DNA of 64,000 nucleotides from Evtepia sp. Lineage in GTDB: Bacteria > Bacillota > Clostridia > Oscillospirales > Oscillospiraceae. Position 1 is the stretch's first letter. Every line of letters begins with the position of its first letter. The notes below the pieces were generated by a model. That model had not been told where the DNA came from and did no database searches. It was given only the letters and a program-made list of their open reading frames with translations. Shown here one piece after another: positions 11,702 to 21,799 of this stretch. The stretch covers positions 2,639 through 66,638 of the forward strand of contig JAVBLH010000019.1 in assembly GCA_031553635.1 (NCBI GenBank), in the 5' to 3' direction. The translations under genes were made by a program, and so were the position numbers.

Positions 11702-11785
11702 TTAAGGGGTGAAAACCAGGCAAGCAGCCGGGTTTTTCCCTCTACTTCGGCCGTCCCATGTGCCGCTACTACCGCCTGCGTCCAT
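11702..11785 (-). other. Candidate leader uORF (MDAGGSSGTWDGRSRGKNPAACLVFTP) upstream of mgtE
   Basis: GAGGTG RBS 7 nt before ATG; 28 codons including stop; lies between promoter and mgtE. Confidence 0.4.
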
Positions 11786-11834
11786 TGGTTCTCACCTCAC
11801 TTGTTGTGATTTTAGTGCCCAAGGCACCTCTTGT

Positions 11835-11863
11835 ATTATACGTCCTCGGACATCTTCGCGCAA
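11835..11863 (-). promoter_or_regulatory. Sigma-A promoter for mgtE
   Basis: TTGCGC-17 nt-TATAAT on the minus strand. Confidence 0.6.
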
Positions 11864-11949
11864 GGGGGAATTTAAGGGCGAAACGGGGCAAAAAAGAGCG
11901 GAGCCACGAAGGCCCCGCTCTTGGGATAAGTTTCTGTAGTTGCAGATTA

Positions 11950-13569
11950 CTAGGGGGATGTGGGGCTGCCTGTTTCGCCTGTTTCGCCGCCCGTGCCGCC
12001 GCCGCCTAAGTAGTCGCAGGCGATGAGGTTGCCCTGGCCGTCCAGGAAGAAGGTGTGCTGGGTCTTTAGGGGAATGCCGGCTGTGGGCGCCTTTAGGGTT
12101 TCTAAGGCAACGCTGCCGGCGGAGAGCTGATACTTTTGGCTCTCCGCGGCCCCGGTGGTGAGAATTTCAAAGACCTTACCGCCCTCCACAGCCGTCACCT
12201 TACCGGTAAAGCTCTGGGCGGGGGCCAGGGCATGGCCCGTCAGGAGCACGTACTGGTCCTTGGCCATGGCCATATCCCTGGGGATGGTCAGCTTGTCTCT
12301 TGCCACCTGGCCTGCCCCTACAAAGGTGACGCTCTCGGCATTGAAGCTGCTGATTCTGTCCAGGCTGGGGGCATAGGCCAGGGCGCAGAACTGGGTAAAG
12401 CCCGCCTCACCCTTCTGGCCGATGATCTCCAGGGTATAGCCATAGGGAACAACCCCCGCCCCGCTCTTACAGAAGGCCGCGGCGTCCAGGGGCTTTGCCA
12501 CGTTTTGATTCACCAGGAAGTAGGCGGGGGCTTTGGCCCAGCCGCTGCCGAAGGTAACGGGCACATAGTCACCCGCCTGCGCCGCAGGGAAGAGGGTGTC
12601 CCCCAGGGTCTCGCCGCCCTTTAAGGTCACACTGGTGGAGAGCACCTCTTTCACGGCAAGAATTTTGTCATTCCTGGTATACAGCTTCACCGTGTGGCCG
12701 AAATACGGGGACATATCTATGCTGGTATCCATGGTGGTTTCCGCATAGGGGAGGGGCTTTACCTCTTGGGTGGGGCCGGGCTTAGATTCCGCCGCCCAGG
12801 TGTAGGCCCGCAGCACGGCCTTACCCGCCTCGGCGCTCTTGTTAGAAACGATGCTGTCCTTTTCCGTGGCCACCACGGTAAAGGGGCCCACCTCTGTGGC
12901 GCCCAAGAGGGCGAACATGGTGTTCTTCCCTGTGTTTTCCTTCCAAGTGCCGCTTTGATCGGTGGTGCCGACCTTCTGATCCAGGCTTTGGTAGAGCAGG
13001 ATGGCAATGTCGCCCCGGGTCGCATTGCCCCCCGTAATGACAAGGCCGTTGCTGATTCCCAGGTTCTGGGCCTTAACGACAAACTTGTTGGGCCAGGCGC
13101 CCTGGAGGGACTGGTCATTATAACCCAGGGACTTGATAATCATGGCCAGGGCTTCGTAATACGTCACGTTACTATCGGGCTTGAAGGTGCCGTCGGAATA
13201 GCCGTTGATCAACCCCTTTTCTTTCGCATAATCAATATAAGGGGCCGCCCAGTGGTTCCTTGTATCCGAAAAGGTGCCCGAAGGGCTACCGCCTGGCATT
13301 CCCTCAGAAATGCCCAAGGCTCTCATGATTATGACGGCCATCTCCGCCCGGGTGACGTCTTTTTCCCCGCCGAATTTGCCGTCCCCGTAGCCTGTGATGA
13401 CACCCAGTTCAACGAGGGTCTTCGCCGCATTTTCATAGCCCTTACCCTTCAAGTCCGCCAGGCCCGAAGACTCATCCGCTGCCATAGCCCCAAAGGGCAA
13501 AAGGCTGCAGAGGAGGGCCAAGCTGGTAACTAGGGCCAGGAGTTTTTTGCCAAAACGATGTCTTCTCAT
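11950..13569 (-). CDS. Secreted S-layer homology (SLH) domain protein
   Basis: Signal peptide; SLH motifs GVITGYGDGKF..VTRAE, FSDTRNHWA..GLINGYSDGTFKPD, ATRGD. Confidence 0.85.
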   Translation of the reverse strand: MRRHRFGKKLLALVTSLALLCSLLPFGAMAADESSGLADLKGKGYENAAKTLVELGVITGYGDGKFGGEKDVTRAEMAVIIMRALGISEGMPGGSPSGTFSDTRNHWAAPYIDYAKEKGLINGYSDGTFKPDSNVTYYEALAMIIKSLGYNDQSLQGAWPNKFVVKAQNLGISNGLVITGGNATRGDIAILLYQSLDQKVGTTDQSGTWKENTGKNTMFALLGATEVGPFTVVATEKDSIVSNKSAEAGKAVLRAYTWAAESKPGPTQEVKPLPYAETTMDTSIDMSPYFGHTVKLYTRNDKILAVKEVLSTSVTLKGGETLGDTLFPAAQAGDYVPVTFGSGWAKAPAYFLVNQNVAKPLDAAAFCKSGAGVVPYGYTLEIIGQKGEAGFTQFCALAYAPSLDRISSFNAESVTFVGAGQVARDKLTIPRDMAMAKDQYVLLTGHALAPAQSFTGKVTAVEGGKVFEILTTGAAESQKYQLSAGSVALETLKAPTAGIPLKTQHTFFLDGQGNLIACDYLGGGGTGGETGETGSPTSP

Positions 13570-13667
13570 AAAATTTCTCCTTCCATAAATCGGCGGCGAT
13601 AAAGTCGCCGGCTGTGGGCTCTCTTTCCGGGGAGGGGGACTGCGCCGCCCCTTCGCGCTTCAATAAA

Positions 13668-13694
13668 AAAAAGGAAGCCTTATGCTTCCTTTTT
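13668..13694. terminator. Terminator between the LuxR-type gene and the SLH gene
   Basis: A-run, AGGAAGC-CTTAT-GCTTCCT, T-run. Confidence 0.6.
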
Positions 13695-13756
13695 AACATA
13701 TTCTAACGGGTTTTCCTATCATTGCCGCCAATGATTTTCCCCAAAACTCCTTGGTT

Positions 13757-15268
13757 TTAGGGCTTTTCCCCCTCTTCCTCCCGCAAAACCAAGAGACGCA
13801 GCAGGTCGGACACCCCGCCGCAGCCGGTTTTCTGATAGATCCTGGCGCAGTGGGTGTTCACCGTTCCCATGCTGATGGAAAGAACCTGGGCGATCTCCAG
13901 GCGGCTCTTCCCGTCGATGAGCAGATAGGCCACGTCCAGCTCCCGCTTACTCAGGCCAAAATCCGAAAGCCGGGCCGTCGGCGATTCCTGCCTGGGAATT
14001 TTGGCCAAGAGGGCCTCGTATCGCTCCTCGGCCTGGGCGACCTTCTCCTCGGCCTCCCGGGCCCGGCGATGACTATCCACATAGCCATAGGCCAGGGCAG
14101 CCAGGGAGAGGCCCCCCGCCCCCATGACCTCCAGGCGCAAAAAGTCGGCCAGCTGGTAGAGATGGGGGGCCAGGGTGTAGGACAAAATCTGCAAGAGGAT
14201 ACCCCCCACAAAAACCAGCCCCGCCAAAAAGAGCAGCAGGGTTTCTGGCCGGGGCTCTCGGGCGGCGCGGCCCAAAACATAGAGGATGTGCAAACCCATG
14301 AGGCTGATGACCAGCTGATAGGGCGGCATAAGGGCGGTGAACACCGGGGGCGGCGTGATCAGGGCCAACAGGGCAAAGGCCACCGTGGCGCCGTAAAAGC
14401 CCCGCACCGCCCAGGGGTGCAGCAGGTTTGGCAAGAGGCTGTGGAGAAAGAGCAAAAAACCCGCCGCCATCAGGGCGATGCACAGATACTCCGTTTTCAT
14501 GGCCACCTGCCAACTCAGGGCGGGGAAGAGGTCGGGAATTACCTTGCTCTCCATAAAGAGGGCCCGCAGCCCCACCCCCAGGGCGCAGAGGCCGAAGCCC
14601 AGGAAATACAGCCGCCTGCCCCCTAAAAGGAAGAAGGCCAGGCAGGCCAGGGCAATGGCAAAGAGCCCTCCCGCCATGGTGGCCTCCCGGAAGAGGGCCT
14701 GGGCGTTATGCCTTTGCAGGTTTTCCGGGCTGCCCAAAAAGATGGGGTAGGGGTTCGTCTCCCCCTTCTGGCCAAAGTTGGCGTACTGGATCAGCATCTC
14801 CACCTGCGCTTCCCGGGGGGTGAAGACGTAGCTGTAATGCCTGGCCTGGGGGACGGTGGTTTCGGGGCTATCGCCGGGCTGCCCCACGGAGCCCGCCAAG
14901 TCCCCCTGGATGTACATGGTTTGGGCATAGTGGAGGGAAAGGCCCGAGAGCCCGTAGGTCACCCCCGGCTCCAATTGCAAAAACAGCCGCAGGGTGCCAA
15001 AGGGAGCCCCGCGCCAGCTCTCGTCTCCGGCGGGCCGGGGGGCCCCGCCCGAGGCAAAGTCCTGGGGGGTTAACAGCAGGCCGGGGTAGGCCTCTCTGGG
15101 CCCTGTGATCTGATAGATGGTTTGGGAAATCTCCAGGTCCCGCAGGTCGGCGGCAGCGTTTTGGAGGGGAACCTCCAGAATGCGCCCCTCCTGCAACAGG
15201 CCCAGGGCAAAAAAGAGCAGCAGCACAAAGGCCACAAAGGCCAGGGCCAGGGTCATCTGCTTTTTCAT
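13757..15268 (-). CDS. Membrane-integral one-component regulator: extracellular domain + 7TM + C-terminal LuxR HTH
   Basis: N-terminal TM, seven hydrophobic helices, C-terminal FGLSKRELDVAYLLIDGKSRLEIAQVLSISMGTVNTHCARIYQK. Confidence 0.75.
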   Translation of the reverse strand: MKKQMTLALAFVAFVLLLFFALGLLQEGRILEVPLQNAAADLRDLEISQTIYQITGPREAYPGLLLTPQDFASGGAPRPAGDESWRGAPFGTLRLFLQLEPGVTYGLSGLSLHYAQTMYIQGDLAGSVGQPGDSPETTVPQARHYSYVFTPREAQVEMLIQYANFGQKGETNPYPIFLGSPENLQRHNAQALFREATMAGGLFAIALACLAFFLLGGRRLYFLGFGLCALGVGLRALFMESKVIPDLFPALSWQVAMKTEYLCIALMAAGFLLFLHSLLPNLLHPWAVRGFYGATVAFALLALITPPPVFTALMPPYQLVISLMGLHILYVLGRAAREPRPETLLLFLAGLVFVGGILLQILSYTLAPHLYQLADFLRLEVMGAGGLSLAALAYGYVDSHRRAREAEEKVAQAEERYEALLAKIPRQESPTARLSDFGLSKRELDVAYLLIDGKSRLEIAQVLSISMGTVNTHCARIYQKTGCGGVSDLLRLLVLREEEGEKP

Positions 15269-15364
15269 GGACCGCTCTGCCCCCTTTGTGCTTTTATTAC
15301 CGCGATCCGGTCTAATTTCCGCCCACCGGGGCCTTCGCGCTTCTGTGTCACCCTACAGCACTAA

Positions 15365-15493
15365 ACCACCCCGTCACTGCGTGCCCCCCCTCCAAGGAGG
15401 GGAATTTGGGCGGTTGATAGCCGAAAGGTTTGCCTCTCTCCATTCCGTTATCCCATTCCCCTCCGGGGAGGGGTGCCCATAGGGCGGGGTGGT
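15365..15493 (-). repeat. F1 hairpin repeat (B-spacer-A on plus)
   Basis: ACCACCCCGTCACTGCGTGCC.. and ..GGAGGGGTGCCCATAGGGCGGGGTGGT. Confidence 0.88.
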
Positions 15494-15521
15494 TCTCCCT
15501 GCCAATACGCGCTTCCCTTCG

Positions 15522-16964
15522 TCAATACGCCACGCCCCAATAAATCATATCCTTGGCCTTACCGCCGCAGATGGCGCAGCAGTCGCCCACCTGCTCCTGG
15601 ACCATGGGGATGCAGCGGGAGGTCATCCCCGCCTCTTCCTTCATGCGGATTTCACAGGCTTCCTCCCCGCACCACATGGTCTTGATAAAGCCCCCGTGCT
15701 CCGCCTGAATGGCTTTCGCCTCCTCCAGAGTCTTGGCGGCGTAAGTATGCTCCTCTAAGTTGCGCTTGGCCTTCTGGTAAAGGCCGGCATGGACGGCGTC
15801 CAGGGCGGCAGAAACGGCGGCCTCCACCTGGTCTAAGGAGACAAACTGCTTCTCCCCGGTATCCCGGCGGACGATGACGCACTGGTTATTTTCAATGTCC
15901 TTGGGCCCCAGTTCCACCCGTAGGGGCACGCCCTTCATCTCATACTCCGCAAACTTCCAGCCGGGGCTCTGGTCGGAAACGTCGGTCTTTGTGCGGAATC
16001 CCGCGGCCTTTAAGCGGGCGGCCAAAGCCCCCGTGGCCTCGATGACCCCCTCCTTATGCTGGGCGATGGGCAGCACCATCACCTGGGTGGGGGCGATGCG
16101 AGGGGGCAGCACTAAGCCGCTGTTGTCCCCGTGGGTCATGATAATGCCGCCGATGATGCGGGTAGAAAGGCCCCAGGAGGTCTGGTGGGGGTAGCTCAGC
16201 TTATTCTCCTTATCGGCGAAGGTGATATCAAAGGCCCTGGCGAAGCCGTCGCCAAAGTAATGGCTGGTGCCGGACTGGAGGGCCTTCCTGTCGTGCATCA
16301 TGCACTCGATGGTGTAGGTGTTCTCCGCCCCGGAAAACTTTTCCTTATCTGTCTTCACGCCCTTCACCACGGGCATGGCCAGGATATTCTCGCAGAAGTC
16401 GGCATAGACCTCCAGCATCTGTAAGGTTTCCTCTATGGCCTCCTGGGCGGTCTCGTGCATGGTGTGGCCTTCCTGCCATAAAAACTCCCGGTGCCGCAGG
16501 AAGGGGCGGGAGGTTTTTTCCCAGCGCAACACGCTGCACCACTGGTTATAGAGTTTGGGCAGGTCCCGCCAGGATTTGATCACATTGGCGTAATGGTCGC
16601 AGAAGAGGGTCTCCGAGGTGGGGCGGATGCACAGCCGCTCCTCCAAGTCCTCGCTGCCCCCCACGGTAACCCAGGCGCACTCCGGGGCAAAGCCCTCCAC
16701 GTGGTCCTTCTCCTTTTGAAGGAGGGACTCGGGGATGAGAAGGGGCAGGTACACGTTTTCATGGCCCGTCTCCTTAAAGCGTCTGTCCAATTCTCCCTGG
16801 ATATTCTCCCACAAAGCGTAGCCATAGGGCCGCAGGATGAACATGCCCTTCACCCGGGAGTAGTCGATGAGCTCCGCCTTGGTGCAAACGTCTGTATACC
16901 ATTGGGCAAAGTCCTGCTCCATATCGGTAATGGCGCTAACCTGCTTCTTACTTTCTTTTGCCAT
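15522..16964 (-). CDS. proS: Proline--tRNA ligase (archaeal/eukaryotic type)
   Basis: [39 protein letters not shown]-terminal Zn Cys cluster and GVAY end. Confidence 0.96.
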   Translation of the reverse strand: MAKESKKQVSAITDMEQDFAQWYTDVCTKAELIDYSRVKGMFILRPYGYALWENIQGELDRRFKETGHENVYLPLLIPESLLQKEKDHVEGFAPECAWVTVGGSEDLEERLCIRPTSETLFCDHYANVIKSWRDLPKLYNQWCSVLRWEKTSRPFLRHREFLWQEGHTMHETAQEAIEETLQMLEVYADFCENILAMPVVKGVKTDKEKFSGAENTYTIECMMHDRKALQSGTSHYFGDGFARAFDITFADKENKLSYPHQTSWGLSTRIIGGIIMTHGDNSGLVLPPRIAPTQVMVLPIAQHKEGVIEATGALAARLKAAGFRTKTDVSDQSPGWKFAEYEMKGVPLRVELGPKDIENNQCVIVRRDTGEKQFVSLDQVEAAVSAALDAVHAGLYQKAKRNLEEHTYAAKTLEEAKAIQAEHGGFIKTMWCGEEACEIRMKEEAGMTSRCIPMVQEQVGDCCAICGGKAKDMIYWGVAY

Positions 16965-16998
16965 GGTTCTCAACCTCTTTTACTGTGATTTTTCGTCA

Positions 16999-19347
16999 TC
17001 AATACACCACAACGGTGGTGCCTTGGGGAATGTTATCATAAATCCACTGTACGTCTTCATCGTACATTCTGATACAACCGTGGCTGACGGGGAAGCCGAT
17101 GGAGGCATCGGTGATGCGGGTAAAGCTGGTGTTGTAGATACGGGAGTGGAAGGCCAGGCCGCTGCCCTCCTTAAAGCGGACCACGGGCCGGACGATGTAG
17201 GTGGGCGTCACCCAGCCCCGCTCGGAGCGGGTGCCCACGGTGTACACCCCCACGGGGGTGTCTGTCCCTCTGGCCCCGGTACCCACGATGTGGCTGCGCA
17301 GAAGGCTCCAGTTGCCCTGGCTGCCCGTGAAGATATTCACCCGCTGGCAGGCGATGTTAATCCAGATGAGATAGTCCGTCTTGCTCTTGTGGCCCTTGGC
17401 GTTGACCCAGATTTCCTTGGTCAATTGGTCGTAGTCGTTCTGTTCGGCCCAGGCTAGGGTGTAGTTGCCCTTGTAGCCTGTGGTAACGGTTTGTAATACC
17501 ACGGCCTCGTCATAGCGCTTGTAATAGTCCTCCCCGTAGTTTTCCAGGGTGATGGTTTTTTCCGCCTTCTGCTCCTCGGTGCGATACTCACTGGCGTTTT
17601 TGTAATAGAGCTTAAATTCCAGGGTGGCGGTGAGGGCCATATCCTTAGTGTAAGTAAAAGGGTGGGTGAGGGTGGAGGCGACCCCTTCCGGGGTTACCGT
17701 CAGCATCTCCCAAGCCACTTCCTGGCCGTTCACCAGCCAAACCCCGTAGCAATACTTCTCCTCGGGATTTTGGATGGTAACGGTAGCGGTGAGGGCCTCT
17801 CCCGCGGGCAGAATCTCCGGGGCGCTGATGGCCATGGTGGCCTTTTGGATGCCGTAGTCGATGTGATCAACGGTCTGGGCAGCGGGGATGCGAATGTCGT
17901 TGAGGCTGGTATAAAGGGTGAGGGTCTGGGCGCTGCCCTTGCCCTCCACCCAGGAGCCGCCGCCCCCCTGGGAGGTCAGGTTTTGTACCTTACCGTCAGC
18001 GGTGATGCCGTTGTGGCTGCCGTTGACCACCAGGTTCTCCACCGGGCCGGGCACCGTTACAAGGGTAAAATTGGCATGGGGGCAGAGGCGAATGGTTTTG
18101 GCTTTCACGGCTTTCCCCAGGGTAATCTCCCCGTTGCGCCCGGCCAGCACCAGCTCCTCCAGATCAGTATGCACGGTGAGGATATGCTGGTCGCCCTGGA
18201 GCTCCACCCGCTTCACATTGCCGGACACGGAAACGAAGCTGCTGCCCCCGGGGGCATAGGGGGCCAGGGCCCTGTTGCCGCTGCGGTCGCCGATGGCTAA
18301 CGTGCCTATCTTCACGTTCAGGGTGGGGTTCAGGCTCCAGGTGGTTTTCTCCCCCTGGGTACCCCCGGCCAGCACCAGACGGCCTATCTCCGTTTTACCC
18401 TTCAGGGTAAGCTCATCGGTCTCCTGGGAGCGGAAGACCAAGAGGGGGGCCTTTACGTTCTCCAGGGTGAGGCTCTTCACCCGGCAGTCGAAGAAAAGGG
18501 GGCGGGTGAAGGTTTTATCCTTCAGGACAATGTCCTCCCCGCTGACCAAAACGCCCCCGGTGGGGCTTGCCTCTTGGAGCTCCGCCCCCGTCATCGCTTC
18601 GGGGATGACCCGGTGCAAAATGGTGACGAACTCCGCTCGGGTGAGGGCCTTGTCGGGATAGGCCAGGCCCTCGTAGCCCCGGATGCAGCCGCTGTAAGCC
18701 AAGGCCGCCAATACCTGACGGGCCTCGCCAGACAGGTCTTCGCAGTCAGTAAAGGGGAAGCCCGCCTGGGCCTCGGAAGACAGGTCCAAAAGCCCAAAGG
18801 CCTCCGCCAGCATGGAAAAGGCAAAGCTCCGGGGCAGGTGGGTCCCGGCGGGGTTCTCATTTTGGGCGGGCAGGCCCAGATATTCTGCCCGGGCTAAATC
18901 CAGGGCGAACCAATCCTCGCTGCGGGCGTTTTCCTCGCCCCCCTGGGGTTTTAAGAGACGAGAGACGATGGTCACCACCTGGGCCTCGGAAAGAGGGGCG
19001 TCGGGCCGCAGGGTTCCGTCCTCGTAGCCCGTGAGAATCCCGCCATCCCAGGCCCATAACAGGGCGCCCTCCGCCCAGTGGCCCACCATGTCTAGGGGGA
19101 TCACCTTTACCGTGGGCTGGGGCTCCGGGTCGGGAGTGGGCTCCTCCGGGTTAACAGGCACGGGGGGCAGGGTCTGTGAAGGCTCCTCGGGCTCCTGGGC
19201 CTGGGGGGGCGTGGACGCATCCCCGGTTTGGGTGGTGTTGGGGTCAGGATTCGTCTCCTCCACCGCCAGGGCCGAGGTTACCCCCAGGGACAGCAGCAGG
19301 CAAAGGGCACAGGCCAAGGACAGGATGCGGCGGACATACTCTCTCAT
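16999..19347 (-). CDS. SLH-domain protein with C-terminal L,D-transpeptidase (YkuD) domain
   Basis: Signal peptide, Pro-rich linker, SLH motifs, TPVGVY, FHSR..SHGCIRM catalytic motif. Confidence 0.85.
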   Translation of the reverse strand: MREYVRRILSLACALCLLLSLGVTSALAVEETNPDPNTTQTGDASTPPQAQEPEEPSQTLPPVPVNPEEPTPDPEPQPTVKVIPLDMVGHWAEGALLWAWDGGILTGYEDGTLRPDAPLSEAQVVTIVSRLLKPQGGEENARSEDWFALDLARAEYLGLPAQNENPAGTHLPRSFAFSMLAEAFGLLDLSSEAQAGFPFTDCEDLSGEARQVLAALAYSGCIRGYEGLAYPDKALTRAEFVTILHRVIPEAMTGAELQEASPTGGVLVSGEDIVLKDKTFTRPLFFDCRVKSLTLENVKAPLLVFRSQETDELTLKGKTEIGRLVLAGGTQGEKTTWSLNPTLNVKIGTLAIGDRSGNRALAPYAPGGSSFVSVSGNVKRVELQGDQHILTVHTDLEELVLAGRNGEITLGKAVKAKTIRLCPHANFTLVTVPGPVENLVVNGSHNGITADGKVQNLTSQGGGGSWVEGKGSAQTLTLYTSLNDIRIPAAQTVDHIDYGIQKATMAISAPEILPAGEALTATVTIQNPEEKYCYGVWLVNGQEVAWEMLTVTPEGVASTLTHPFTYTKDMALTATLEFKLYYKNASEYRTEEQKAEKTITLENYGEDYYKRYDEAVVLQTVTTGYKGNYTLAWAEQNDYDQLTKEIWVNAKGHKSKTDYLIWINIACQRVNIFTGSQGNWSLLRSHIVGTGARGTDTPVGVYTVGTRSERGWVTPTYIVRPVVRFKEGSGLAFHSRIYNTSFTRITDASIGFPVSHGCIRMYDEDVQWIYDNIPQGTTVVVY

Positions 19348-19422
19348 AGGTTCGTCTCTCCTTTATTTCATACCTCGCAGGCAGTGTTAGTCACCACCGG
19401 CGAAGAAGGCGCGAGGGGGATC

Positions 19423-19543
19423 ACCACCCCGCCCTATGGGCACCCCTCCAGGGAGGGGAATGGGACGGGGTTGGAAGTGCCCTTCCGCGATCTACTACCC
19501 AAATTCCCCTCCTTGGAGGGGTGGCACGCAGTGACGGGGTGGT
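19423..19543 (+). repeat. F1 hairpin repeat, A-spacer(type 2)-B
   Basis: Both arms intact. Confidence 0.9.
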
Positions 19544-19586
19544 TTCTCAGACATAATACTGCGTCACAAAAGCTTCTGCACAACGA

Positions 19587-21395
19587 TTATTCTTCCGTCT
19601 TCTTCTCCAAAACGGCCAAATTCAGGGCCAGGCCCAGCTCGTCCAGCTGCTTCTGATCCACCACGTCGGGGCAGGCGGTCATGGGCTCCGAGGCGTTCTG
19701 GACTTTGGGGAAGGCGATCACGTCACGGATGGACTCCGCCCCGGCCATGAGCATACACAGTCTGTCCAGGCCGTAGGCAATGCCGCCGTGGGGGGGCGCG
19801 CCATACTGGAAGGCATTGATGAGGTGCCCGAAGCGCTCCTGGGCCTCCTCGGCACTAAAGCCCAGGGCCTTAAACATGGTCTCCTGCATCTGGGGGGTGT
19901 TGATGCGGATAGACCCGCCGCCCAACTCCGTCCCGTTGAGGACGATGTCATAGGCCTTAGCCCGGCAGCCTAACTTATCCGTTTCCAGCTTCTCCACATC
20001 CTCATCCAGGGGCGCGGTGAAGGGGTGGTGCATGGCCACAAAGCGGCCGTCCTCCTCGGAATACTCGAACATGGGGAATTCCTTCACCCAGAGGAAGTGG
20101 AAGACCTTGGGGTCCAGCAGGTTCAGCTCCTTGGCGCAGTGGACGCGAAGAGCCCCCAGGGCGGCGAAGACCACCTCGTCTTTCGCGTCGCCCACGATCA
20201 AAACCACGTCCCCGTCCGAGGCCCCGGCCCTTTCTAAAATAGCGGCGTTTTCCCCCTCGGTTAAAAACTTCTGGTAGGAGGAGGTGACCCCCCCGTCTAT
20301 GAGCCGGGCCCAGGCCAGGCCCTTGGCCCGATAGGTTTTCACGAAGTCCACCAGCTTGTCGATCTTCTTCCGGGGAAAATCCGCGGCAAAGCCCTTTAAG
20401 TTAATGAGCCGCACGGAGCCGCCCTCGGACACAGGCCCGGAGAAGACCCCGAAGCCGCAATCCTTCACCAAATCGGAGATATCGCACAGCTCGAAGCCGA
20501 AGCGGGTGTCGGGCTTGTCGGACCCGTAGCGCGCCATGGCCTCGCTGTAGGGCATACGGGGGAAGGGAGTCTGCACGTCTACGTCCAAAATCTCCTTAAA
20601 GACCCGCTTGAGAAAGCCCTCCTGGATTTCCATCACGTCATCGGCGGTGACGAAGGACATTTCCAGGTCGATCTGGGTGAATTCCGGCTGTCTGTCGGCG
20701 CGCAAATCCTCGTCACGGAAGCAGCGGACGATCTGCATATAGCGGTCGAAGCCCGAGAGCATGAGAAGCTGCTTATACTGCTGGGGGGACTGGGGCAGGG
20801 CGTAAAACTTCCCGGGATGGGTGCGGGAGGGGACCAGGTAGTCTCTCGCCCCCTCGGGGGTGGATTTGGTCAGCATAGGGGTTTCGATCTCGAAGAAGCC
20901 CTGCTCGTCGAAGTAGTCCCGGACAACTTTAGTGACCCGGTGACGGGTCTGGATGGCCTTTTGCATGTTGGGCCGTCTCAAATCCAGGTAGCGGTATTTC
21001 AGGCGCAGCATGTCGTTGGCCTGCAAGTCCTCCAGGATTTCAAAAGGAGGCGTCTCCGAGGCGGCCAAAAGGCGCAACTCGGTCACCTCCAGCTCCACGT
21101 CGCCGGTGGCCAGGTCGGGGTTTTTGGACTCCCGCTCCCGCAAAATCCCCGTGGCGGCCACCACATACTCGCTGTGGAGCCCGGCGGCTTTTTCAAAGAC
21201 CTCACGAGGGGTGTCGGGGTTAAAGGAGAGCTGCAAGATACCCGTTCTGTCCCGCAGGTCCACGAAGATCAGGGCGCCCTTGTTGCGCTGCCGCTGGACC
21301 CAGCCGCAAACGGAGATGGTTTCGCCCACGTTTTTCATGGTATAGGTGCCGCAGTAGCCGCTGCGACGGAAGTTTTGTAGGGTTTCGGTTGTCAT
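19587..21395 (-). CDS. aspS: Aspartate--tRNA ligase
   Basis: FVDLRDRTG, LKYRYLDLRRP, TPEGARDYLVPSR, FRDEDLRADRQPEFTQ, GAPPHGGIAYGLDR. Confidence 0.97.
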   Translation of the reverse strand: MTTETLQNFRRSGYCGTYTMKNVGETISVCGWVQRQRNKGALIFVDLRDRTGILQLSFNPDTPREVFEKAAGLHSEYVVAATGILRERESKNPDLATGDVELEVTELRLLAASETPPFEILEDLQANDMLRLKYRYLDLRRPNMQKAIQTRHRVTKVVRDYFDEQGFFEIETPMLTKSTPEGARDYLVPSRTHPGKFYALPQSPQQYKQLLMLSGFDRYMQIVRCFRDEDLRADRQPEFTQIDLEMSFVTADDVMEIQEGFLKRVFKEILDVDVQTPFPRMPYSEAMARYGSDKPDTRFGFELCDISDLVKDCGFGVFSGPVSEGGSVRLINLKGFAADFPRKKIDKLVDFVKTYRAKGLAWARLIDGGVTSSYQKFLTEGENAAILERAGASDGDVVLIVGDAKDEVVFAALGALRVHCAKELNLLDPKVFHFLWVKEFPMFEYSEEDGRFVAMHHPFTAPLDEDVEKLETDKLGCRAKAYDIVLNGTELGGGSIRINTPQMQETMFKALGFSAEEAQERFGHLINAFQYGAPPHGGIAYGLDRLCMLMAGAESIRDVIAFPKVQNASEPMTACPDVVDQKQLDELGLALNLAVLEKKTEE

Positions 21396-21491
21396 GACTA
21401 TCAACTCCATTGAATGGGTTTATTTTTTGAGCCTAAACAGGCTGGGGGGTTTGGTTGTTCTCTCTTGGGTTTCCGGCTAACTGACGTAGTC

Positions 21492-21708
21492 ACCACCCCG
21501 CCCTTTGGGCACCCCTCCACAGGAGGGGAATTAGGACGGGGGATGCGGGTTGGGGTGTGCGGCTAACTGACGTAGTCACCACCCCGCCCTTTGGGCACCC
21601 CTCCAAGGAGGGGAATTAGGACGGGGGATGCGGGTTGAGTTTTCCGCTGCCTTACAGTAGTACACAATTCCCCTCCTGCGGAGGGGTGGCACGCAGTGAC
21701 GGGGTGGT
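21492..21708 (+). repeat. F1 repeat with duplicated arm A (A-A-spacer-B, 86-bp period)
   Basis: Arm A at 21492 and 21578, arm B ends 21708. Confidence 0.92.
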
Positions 21709-21799
21709 TAACCGCCAACGCAGCGCGCCCGGGGCTTGGTGTTTCCTTGCCCAAGACCCACAGAAAAAATGCACAAGGCCCGGCCTTGCAAAGCCAACC

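Noticed and set aside
11615-11830. M-box (ykoK) riboswitch call
   Set aside because: Expected by gene context, but the conserved M-box blocks were not recognisable; reported only as an unknown leader.
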